Shown: in pieces, positions 8,539-15,495 of the stretch
Position numbering within the stretch: the first letter of the stretch is position 1
Layout: each line of letters opens with the position of its first letter
Assembly: GCA_965231035.1 (NCBI GenBank)
Contig: OZ246409.1
Span: 391,101-423,100, forward strand
Source: an uncultured Muribaculaceae bacterium
Lineage (GTDB): Bacteria; Pseudomonadota; Alphaproteobacteria; Rs-D84
Length of the DNA stretch: 32,000 nucleotides
Reading direction: 5' to 3'
The notes under the pieces: model-generated
What the model was told of the DNA's origin: nothing
Database searches by the model: none
Seen by the model: only the letters and a program-made list of their open reading frames with translations
Program-made: the position numbers and the translations under genes

Positions 8539-8907
8539 ATGAGCGCAGAAAATATAAATTTTACAGGCAATGATAAATTTTTAGAATTTATAGTAGAAAT
8601 TTGGCGCCTTCCAAAATTATTCAAAAAGCTTATTGCAAAACAAGATTATAGCGAGCAACAAAAATACGTAAGTCAATTCAACTGGTTTAATAAAAAAGCT
8701 CTCGATTTTTTACAAAGTGAAGGACTCTCTTTTCCGGAATATGAAGATATGCCTTTTGATGTGGGTATGCCACTAACACCAATCAACATAGGCGATTTTA
8801 GTTCGGAAGATGAGTTGGTAATTGAACAAATACTGGAACCTGTTATTATGAAAGGTGACAAAATTATCAAAGCTGGCACAGCAATTCTAAAAAAGGCAGA
8901 GAAATGA
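8539..8907 (+). CDS. truncated GrpE-like protein (putative nucleotide exchange factor for the adjacent Hsp70)
   Basis: 122 aa. C-terminal half GLSFPEYEDMPFDVGMPLTPI...ELVIEQILEPVIMKGDKIIKAGTAILKKAEK parallels the GrpE beta-domain (G...G.pFDP..H.A......V..v.q.GY.l.gr.iR.A.V.V.K). The stop overlaps the Hsp70 start (ATGA). SD AAGGAT upstream. Confidence 0.5.
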   Translation: MSAENINFTGNDKFLEFIVEIWRLPKLFKKLIAKQDYSEQQKYVSQFNWFNKKALDFLQSEGLSFPEYEDMPFDVGMPLTPINIGDFSSEDELVIEQILEPVIMKGDKIIKAGTAILKKAEK

Positions 8908-11399
8908 AAAATTTTATCGGAATAGATTTAGGAACAACAAACAGTGCGATATGTTCGTATGACGGTGAACACGTGCGTATTTACAAAAGCCCTGATCAGA
9001 CCGATGTGACACCATCGGCAATTTACATTGATAAGCGTGGTAATAAGTATGTTGGAAAGCGTGCTTATGATTATATACCAAACGATCCTGATAACGTGGC
9101 TGTAAGGTTCAAAAGGCTGATGGGGACAAACACCCCAATAGAAATACCGAACCTAGGCAAGACAATGCTGCCAGAAGAATGCTCTGCCGAAATCTTAAAA
9201 GTTTTATTTAATTATCTGCCAGATGAACTACAAAAAGATCCCGATATAGGCACGATTATAACCACCCCAGCGGCGTTCAATCAGATGCAGAAAGAGGCAA
9301 CCCTGCAAGCAGCAAACATGGCTGGTATCGGGAAAGTTGCGCTTATGCAAGAACCTGTAGCGGCAATCATGAGCGTTATGAAAACGCGCCCTGAAGATGG
9401 GATTTTTCTAGTTTATGACTTAGGCGGCGGCACATTGGATGTCGCTGTAGCGGAAAGTATCAATGGTCATGTAAATTTACAGAGTCATGGCGGTATAGCA
9501 ATGTGTGGCGGGCGTGATTTGGATCGTCTATTGGTGGAAAATGTTGTTTATCCATGGCTTAGATCGAACTTTGATTTATCTTCTGAATTTTGGAATGATC
9601 CGAAATATAAATCGTTGGTACGTTTGGTTGCATATGCAACAGAACGCGCAAAAATAGATTTGTCTGCAAAAGAGGACGCAACAATCAGTCTATCAGAAAA
9701 TGAGGTGCGTATAAAAGATGATAAGAATGCTGATATATATTTGGACATCCCTGTAGATCGTAAAACTTATAACGGACTGATTTCAGAACGAATAGATGAA
9801 ACAATCAAAGCGGTTCGTGAAACCTTAGATAAGGCAGGATTGAAACCCGATGATGTAGTGCGGATTGTTTTTGTAGGTGGCCCGACTTGCTATAAACCGT
9901 TACGTGACAAAGTGTCTTCCGAACTAGGGATTCCAGCAAACACAGACGTAAACCCTATGACTGCAGTTGCTGAAGGTGCAGCTATATTTGCAGAATCAAT
10001 AGAATGGTCTTCACAGGATCGGTCGCGCAAAAACATGCGTGGCTCTGTCGAAGCACAAGGCGTTGTAAATGTAAAATTTGATTTTATCGCAAGAACTCCA
10101 GATGTAAAAACTAAGTTGGTAGTCAAACTGCCGGAAAAGACAAAAGGTAAATTTGAATTTCAGATTGATTCCACCGACTCTGGGTGGTCATCGGGTAAAT
10201 TATCATTGAAAGACGGGGTGACTATAGACTTAGTGCTGTCGAAGTTTGGCGAAAACAATTTTAAGGCATTTTTATTTAACGAAATCGGCGAAAGTATTGC
10301 ACTTGATCCGAATAAAATTGTGATCACACGAACTGCTGCAACAATCGACTCTATTCCGGCATCACATTCTGTCGGTATTGAAGTGTTGGATAAACTTGGC
10401 GGAACACCGATGTTGGATTATATGGTACGTTCTGGCGATACTTTGCCAAAACGCGGCAAGATGCAATTCAAGGCGGCTAACACATTGAAATCTGGTGATA
10501 CAGGCTCATTGAATTTCAAAATATGGGAAGGTGACATTGTGTCACCGATACTGGACAATCGTCTTGTTGGGGTTATGAAAATCACAGGAAAAGATTTTGA
10601 CGATGGGGTTATCCCTGCAGGTGCTGACATAGACCTATCATATGAAATGTCTGACGATGGAAACATACGTCTTGAAATAACGATACCAAGTATTCGTGGC
10701 TCGTTCAACTCTGGTCGAAACTTCTATTCGCGCCAAGAAGGACAACGTGACTATTCTGAAGCACCAGAGGCAATTAAAGAAGACGCAGAGTCTACAAAAT
10801 TACGTGCTGATGAAATGGCGACACATATAAGCGATCCCGAATTAGATAAGACAAGACAAAAACTAGATGAGGCATCATCGATATCCTCAGACGAAGTAGA
10901 TCCAGAAAAGACAAAAGAAGCCGAAGAAAAAGTATTCCAAGCAAAAAAAGATCTTGCCGTTATTCGCAAAAAACACTTGCGTGAAATACGACAGATGGAA
11001 TTAGATAATAAAACAGACTTTTTTAACAAATCCTTGCGCGAACATGCCACACCAGCTGACAAGTCCGCATTTGACAATTTGATAACAAGCGCAAAACGAG
11101 TAATTGATCGTGACACCAATGAATTTGAAGATTTCATAAACGAAATGGGCAGTAAAATTACGTCTGTACTTTGGAAGATGGACTGGTTTATTGTCGCAAA
11201 ATTCAAACATCTTGCTGAAAAACCATTTCTGTTCCAAGACAAGCCAAAGTTTAATATGCTGGTTAAAGAGGGATTAAGTGCAATACAACAGGATGACATT
11301 CCACACCTGCGTCAAGTGGTTGCTGAAATGACAATGATACAAGTTGGTGGCAGTTCAGGAATTGAAGATATGGACATTACAAACATCGTCAGAGGATAA
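8904..11399 (+). CDS. atypical Hsp70/DnaK-family ATPase (831 aa) with an inserted beta-rich module and a long helical C-terminus
   Basis: NBD motifs GIDLGTTNS, ITTPAAFNQMQKEATLQAANMAGI, LMQEPVAAIMS, VYDLGGGTLDVAV, IVFVGGPTCYKPLRDKV and NPMTAVAEGAAIFA. SBD-beta-like SVGIEVLDKLGGTPMLDYMVRSGDTLPKRGKMQFKAANTLKSG...FKIWEGD...IDLSYEMSDDGNIRLEI. Confidence 0.9.
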   Translation: MKNFIGIDLGTTNSAICSYDGEHVRIYKSPDQTDVTPSAIYIDKRGNKYVGKRAYDYIPNDPDNVAVRFKRLMGTNTPIEIPNLGKTMLPEECSAEILKVLFNYLPDELQKDPDIGTIITTPAAFNQMQKEATLQAANMAGIGKVALMQEPVAAIMSVMKTRPEDGIFLVYDLGGGTLDVAVAESINGHVNLQSHGGIAMCGGRDLDRLLVENVVYPWLRSNFDLSSEFWNDPKYKSLVRLVAYATERAKIDLSAKEDATISLSENEVRIKDDKNADIYLDIPVDRKTYNGLISERIDETIKAVRETLDKAGLKPDDVVRIVFVGGPTCYKPLRDKVSSELGIPANTDVNPMTAVAEGAAIFAESIEWSSQDRSRKNMRGSVEAQGVVNVKFDFIARTPDVKTKLVVKLPEKTKGKFEFQIDSTDSGWSSGKLSLKDGVTIDLVLSKFGENNFKAFLFNEIGESIALDPNKIVITRTAATIDSIPASHSVGIEVLDKLGGTPMLDYMVRSGDTLPKRGKMQFKAANTLKSGDTGSLNFKIWEGDIVSPILDNRLVGVMKITGKDFDDGVIPAGADIDLSYEMSDDGNIRLEITIPSIRGSFNSGRNFYSRQEGQRDYSEAPEAIKEDAESTKLRADEMATHISDPELDKTRQKLDEASSISSDEVDPEKTKEAEEKVFQAKKDLAVIRKKHLREIRQMELDNKTDFFNKSLREHATPADKSAFDNLITSAKRVIDRDTNEFEDFINEMGSKITSVLWKMDWFIVAKFKHLAEKPFLFQDKPKFNMLVKEGLSAIQQDDIPHLRQVVAEMTMIQVGGSSGIEDMDITNIVRG

Positions 11400-11402
11400 G
11401 CA

Positions 11403-12824
11403 ATGAAAAAAGATCCATGGTTCCCGAAAGAATATGAACCAACAAAAGGCGTGGTAGCAAAGTCCATGGTTTTTGTTGGCGACAAATGGCAGATATATAG
11501 ATTGGCTGACGGACAAAATATGCTGGTCGTTCGACCAGATTTGGCCGCTCTTTGGGAATCTAAAAAGCTTCTAGGTAAATCTATTTTAACCACCATAAAG
11601 TTTGGGGGAGAAGAGTTCAAGTTCTTAGTTTCTTCAGACAGATACATTCTTGCCCCGATTGATTACAACTTTTTCGCTGTAAATAAAGTCACAGCATTGG
11701 CATTTGCCACCGCACTTCGTGAATCGCGCAAGATTATGTCAGATATTTCATTCGAAGATTCTTTGTACACAGAACAATTTTCACGATTACTTCCAACCTC
11801 AGAATTACAGCAGGAAACCGATGATGGACTGTTGCTTGGAACTTGGTTGACTGGAGGTGTTCCCGTTTCAACAAAATCAATCCGTAGATTACAGAATTTG
11901 ACTTTGAACTTTTCTATGGGCGATCTTGAAGAAATCATTGAAGATGCCGGATTAACAGTACCAACAGTAAAAGGTGTGACGAAGAGTGCACCTAACAGTA
12001 CCGAGAAAGTAAAACAAAAAAGCGACAAATTTATATTGACCGGTGCAGAATATCTTGAACAATTTTTTAATGAAAATGTTGTAGATATTGTATTAAATCC
12101 CGAACGATATGAAGCTATGGGGATTTCATTTCCATCACCGATAATTTTGTATGGTAAACCAGGAACAGGAAAAACATACGCGGTCGAAAAATTGGCAGAG
12201 TTCTTGGATTGGCCAGTTTATTCAATTGATTCTGGAAGTGTCGGTAGCCCGTACATACACCAAACTGCGCAGAAAATATCAGCAACTTTCAATAAAGCAT
12301 TTGAAACATCACCAGCAATTGTAATAATTGATGAAATGGAATCTTTCTTGGGTAAACGTGAAGGTTCGCAAGATCATAAGGTGGAAGAAGTTGGCGAATT
12401 TTTGCGACTGATTCCCGAAGCGGCAAAAAATAAGGTGCTGGTTGTCGGTATGACCAATCTTCTTCAAAACATAGACCCTGCAATTTTACGAACAGGACGT
12501 TTTGATCACAAGATAGAAGTACGTATGCCAAGCAAAGAAGATATCAAAACAATGCTGGAAACCGCACTTGCTAAATTACCTGTGGAAGATGGAATTGTAT
12601 TAGATAAAATTGTAGATGCGCTGGTTGATCGTCCAAGATCGGATATCGCATTCATTGTAAAAGAAGCTGCACGTCTGACAGCATTCAAAAATAAAAGCAA
12701 AATATCACAAGAAGAGATGGATGCCTCCCTGCAGACAAAAACAATCAGTGCGGACATAGAACCAAAAAGAAGAACGATAGGTTTCACAGCAGCATCAGAA
12801 ACAAAAACAAAAGAAGACAAATAA
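11403..12824 (+). CDS. classical-clade AAA+ ATPase with an uncharacterised N-terminal domain of about 240 aa
   Basis: Walker A GKPGTGKT (12153-12176), Walker B IVIIDEMES (12321-12341), sensor-1/SRH VVGMTNLLQNIDPAILRTGRFDHKIEV, and lid RPRSDIAFIVKEAARLTAF. Starts 3 nt after the Hsp70 stop. Confidence 0.9.
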   Translation: MKKDPWFPKEYEPTKGVVAKSMVFVGDKWQIYRLADGQNMLVVRPDLAALWESKKLLGKSILTTIKFGGEEFKFLVSSDRYILAPIDYNFFAVNKVTALAFATALRESRKIMSDISFEDSLYTEQFSRLLPTSELQQETDDGLLLGTWLTGGVPVSTKSIRRLQNLTLNFSMGDLEEIIEDAGLTVPTVKGVTKSAPNSTEKVKQKSDKFILTGAEYLEQFFNENVVDIVLNPERYEAMGISFPSPIILYGKPGTGKTYAVEKLAEFLDWPVYSIDSGSVGSPYIHQTAQKISATFNKAFETSPAIVIIDEMESFLGKREGSQDHKVEEVGEFLRLIPEAAKNKVLVVGMTNLLQNIDPAILRTGRFDHKIEVRMPSKEDIKTMLETALAKLPVEDGIVLDKIVDALVDRPRSDIAFIVKEAARLTAFKNKSKISQEEMDASLQTKTISADIEPKRRTIGFTAASETKTKEDK

Positions 12825-12825
12825 C

Positions 12826-14577
12826 ATGAACATACTCCAGAACCCTTTCTACATCCTAGGTGCGACCCCTCGTGATAACCGACAGAAAATTATGGAATTG
12901 TCACAGGAAAAAAGTTTGAGCCTAGATCAATCAGTAGTAACAGAGACGCGATTGATACTTACCACACCACGGAAACGTATAATGGCCGAGATTGCATGGC
13001 TCCCAGGTGTAAGTAATAAAAAGGCACTGGAGCTGATAAAATCATTAAATGGTGCGATAATAGAACAGGACGCTATTTCAAGTTTGCCTGCACTGGCCGG
13101 TCTTAACGTTGTGACCACAATGCTATCTATAATGCAAAAAGCGGTGATACCACAAAAGAATGTTTCTGATATACTTTACAAGATGGCTGTTGATTTCGAA
13201 AGTATTGATACAGAAAAGCTTATAAGAATTCTAAATGAAGATCGCGCGGTCGCAGGTATTTCAGAAATCACAGATATCGCAGCTGTTGATTCAGATTTAC
13301 ATGAGCACAAGCTGACCTGTGTAAAAACAATTCAAGCCTTTTTGCAAAACTACACACAAAAACAAATTACAGCAACCATGTTGTCACTTGTGAATAAAGC
13401 TGTAAAAAATGGGCAAAAGTTGAGTCTAATTGATAGCTTTATAGACAATTTATACGCAATGGAAGTTCAGAAAGGACTACAAAAACTAGAAGATTCAATT
13501 GAAGCGTCTCGGCAGAAGATAAAAACAGGTTTGTCGAAAAAAAATCGCTCGAAAACATATATGACCGGACTGGTAGATGAATTTTTAAAAGAACTAGAAA
13601 ATTTTGATGAAATTATGCAACCTATACAGGTAAGTATGCAACAACGTGGTTTAGAGCACGAGGAAACAAAACATGTTGCAGATGAAGCCCGTGAATGTGC
13701 CATTGATTTGGTTCGAGCAGACGAGATGGAATTGTCGGAAAAAGTACTTTATAAAGTAAAAGAACTTTTTTCAGAACTTGGTTCTGTCGATGATCGTTCT
13801 ATAAGAGATCTGAATGATTTAGAAAATATCAAAAACCAGAATAGGCAACATGCCAAAGATATAACTTGCAAGATTGAGCAAAATGGATTTTGGAGCAACC
13901 ATTCTTTTGAAATTTCAGCAAATGGTATTAAAGTAGACGGAGAGTTAATTTGTAAACTAGAAAACATAAATGCAATACGTTATGGAATTACAAGAAAAAG
14001 CACGAATGGAGTTTATAGTGGAACGGATACTTTATTGGCATTTTCAACATCAGAAAATGAAACAATAATTAACTGGTTGGATCACAGTTCAAATTGGACA
14101 AAGGCTGCGGATTGTTTATGGAAGGCTGTTGGACCTCGTTTAGTTTTTGCGATGGCAAATGAACTAGCGCGTGGTGGAAATATATATGAAATAATTTATG
14201 ACAATAAAGTAAAGCTTGCAAAAACAAATACTTGGACTCCAGTCGAAGAAAAGTTTTTTAAATGGTCCGAAGTAAAAACCATGGTTGTTCAAGGTCAATT
14301 TATAATAGCTGCAAAAGATGGATCCGGATTTATGGCAACATTATCTCTTCAAGATATAGATAACGTACATGTAGCAGAAGCACTTATAAATGTATTTTTT
14401 AATACAGGTGGAACAAATATAAGTCAAGCATTCGGAATAACAAAAGAAGCTGCCAAAAAAGAAAAAAGAATTAAACTTAGCACACCAGTAAGCTTAGTTA
14501 ATTATTCGTTTTTGTGGTCTTGGTTCTGGGTTGTTTTTATAGGGGTTTTTTTGATAGTTTGGGCAGCAAATTCTTGA
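12826..14577 (+). CDS. tail-anchored protein with a J-domain-like N-terminus (no HPD), coiled-coil middle and C-terminal TM helix
   Basis: N-terminus NPFYILGATPRDNRQKIMELSQEKS...ETRLILTTPRKRIMAEI resembles J-domain helices II and III (DYYEILGV....eIkkAY..L / ayevLsdp.kR..YD), but no His-Pro-Asp is present. C-terminus LVNYSFLWSWFWVVFIGVFLIVWAANS is hydrophobic. Starts 1 nt after the AAA+ stop. Confidence 0.6.
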   Translation: MNILQNPFYILGATPRDNRQKIMELSQEKSLSLDQSVVTETRLILTTPRKRIMAEIAWLPGVSNKKALELIKSLNGAIIEQDAISSLPALAGLNVVTTMLSIMQKAVIPQKNVSDILYKMAVDFESIDTEKLIRILNEDRAVAGISEITDIAAVDSDLHEHKLTCVKTIQAFLQNYTQKQITATMLSLVNKAVKNGQKLSLIDSFIDNLYAMEVQKGLQKLEDSIEASRQKIKTGLSKKNRSKTYMTGLVDEFLKELENFDEIMQPIQVSMQQRGLEHEETKHVADEARECAIDLVRADEMELSEKVLYKVKELFSELGSVDDRSIRDLNDLENIKNQNRQHAKDITCKIEQNGFWSNHSFEISANGIKVDGELICKLENINAIRYGITRKSTNGVYSGTDTLLAFSTSENETIINWLDHSSNWTKAADCLWKAVGPRLVFAMANELARGGNIYEIIYDNKVKLAKTNTWTPVEEKFFKWSEVKTMVVQGQFIIAAKDGSGFMATLSLQDIDNVHVAEALINVFFNTGGTNISQAFGITKEAAKKEKRIKLSTPVSLVNYSFLWSWFWVVFIGVFLIVWAANS

Positions 14578-14594
14578 TTGTGAGCACAAAATAA

Positions 14595-14888
14595 ATGAAT
14601 AAAAAAACATATTTAATATTGGCTTGTATTTTGCTGAGTATAGCGTTGTTACCTTTACCTTATGGTTATTATCAAATTTTAAGATTAGTAATTTTTATTT
14701 TGTCTGTTTGGATATTGATAGATAGTAATAATAAAGAAATAAGTTTACCAATCGGATTATTTATTACAGCAATTATTTATAACCCAATTTATATTATTCA
14801 TTTTGAAAAATCTGTATGGTCTTTATTTAACATTATTACATTAATTTATTTTATTTATCTGATATCACACAATAAACATAATGCATAA
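14595..14888 (+). CDS. small integral membrane protein (about 3 TM segments)
   Basis: 97 aa, with three hydrophobic stretches (YLILACILLSIALLPL, ILRLVIFILSVWILI, LFNIITLIYFIYLI) and a PYGYYQILRLV motif. Lies 17 nt after the preceding stop on the same strand. Confidence 0.55.
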   Translation: MNKKTYLILACILLSIALLPLPYGYYQILRLVIFILSVWILIDSNNKEISLPIGLFITAIIYNPIYIIHFEKSVWSLFNIITLIYFIYLISHNKHNA

Positions 14889-14913
14889 ATATATAAAATA
14901 CCCTATGGTTTAT

Positions 14914-15079
14914 AAAATTTCCCTGATACCCAAAATAAATTCCCTGTTAATTTTTTAGGGAATTTGGGTGGTATGGATTTTGGAAGGCTTGGTTTACATA
15001 GGTTCTGGCAGATTGGTGTCGACAAAGACAGGTAAAATATGGGGTAAAAATGAAAATATTCCCTGTAAATTCCCTGTTA
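14914..15079. repeat. cluster of short iterated (A/T)TTCCCTG motifs, including an exact 13-nt direct repeat and a 9-bp inverted repeat
   Basis: AAATTCCCTGTTA occurs at 14937-14949 and again at 15067-15079. AAATTCCCT (14937-14945) pairs with AGGGAATTT (14957-14965). Additional copies: TTTCCCTG at 14918-14925 and TATTCCCTG at 15057-15065. Confidence 0.8.
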
Positions 15080-15133
15080 TTTGAAATTCTGGGATGGGAA
15101 ACGTTGGTGCAGATTACGCCACCACCAGAAAAT

Positions 15134-15163
15134 AAAAACCACCATTTTGGTGGTTTTATTTTT
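15134..15163. terminator. bidirectional-looking rho-independent terminator
   Basis: AACCACCA-TTT-TGGTGGTT hairpin (15137-15155) with an A-run upstream and a T-run downstream. Confidence 0.6.
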
Positions 15164-15281
15164 AGAATTATAAAATTTAAAAAACAAATTTTATATATAA
15201 AATCATTTTATAATATTCATAAAATAATCTCGAAAAACTAAATACATAACATAAAATATAATCATAAAATTATTGTTTGAA

Positions 15282-15326
15282 TTTTGTATATACACAAAAA
15301 ATATTTTCGATTTTTTTTGTATATAC
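15282..15326. repeat. 12-nt direct repeat TTTTGTATATAC (two copies, 33 bp apart) containing the palindrome TGTATATACA
   Basis: Copies at 15282-15293 and 15315-15326, about 170-210 nt upstream of the 15496 ORF. Confidence 0.7.
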
Positions 15327-15495
15327 GAACGCTTTCTAATCTTCTGAAAAGTGCAGAAAATGGGCTTTATACAGTGTAAAAAACTCTGTTAATAACAAAA
15401 AAAATTTCATCGTCAAGTTATAAAAGTGTGTTTCTTGAATTGCAAATCAAAATCTTGGTTCTAGGATTATCGTCATATGTTAGGAGGGAAAACAT

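Larger units (their letters stand above)
5633..15163. mobile_element. putative integrated genomic island beside tRNA-Lys (serine recombinase type); right end uncertain and could extend to about 16030
   Basis: Starts immediately 3' of a tRNA gene. Carries a large serine recombinase, a DUF2924-like gene and accessory cargo, flanked on both sides by core housekeeping genes. No clear att direct repeats were found. Confidence 0.55.

Noticed and set aside
10751-11299. 182-aa minus-strand ORF inside the Hsp70 gene. Similar antisense ORFs occur at 9548-9748, 9890-10126, 10418-10708, 11001-11237, 11312-11647, 11663-12028, 12289-12531, 12506-12820, 12927-13118, 13467-13703 and 13749-13967.
   Set aside because: All are fully embedded antisense to long ORFs that carry strong family motifs. 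They have Ser/Ile/Phe-rich low-information composition and no RBS, so they look like shadow ORFs.
8904-11399. Possibility that this is simply the housekeeping dnaK
   Set aside because: It is 831 aa against about 640 for DnaK. It has an inserted domain in place of the conserved linker and a non-DnaK C-terminus. Its partners are a 122-aa GrpE-like protein and an HPD-less J-like protein rather than grpE/dnaJ, and it sits next to a recombinase in a tRNA-adjacent insertion. Confirmation still needs the whole genome.
15050-15241. 63-aa ORF in the repeat-rich intergenic region
   Set aside because: It has no SD, runs through the TTCCCTG repeats and the terminator hairpin at 15137-15155, and has low-complexity AT-driven composition. 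It is more likely non-coding.
14895-15326. Possible CRISPR array suggested by the short direct repeats
   Set aside because: The repeat units are only 8-13 nt and irregularly spaced, with mixed orientation, and there are no cas genes. This is not CRISPR-like.
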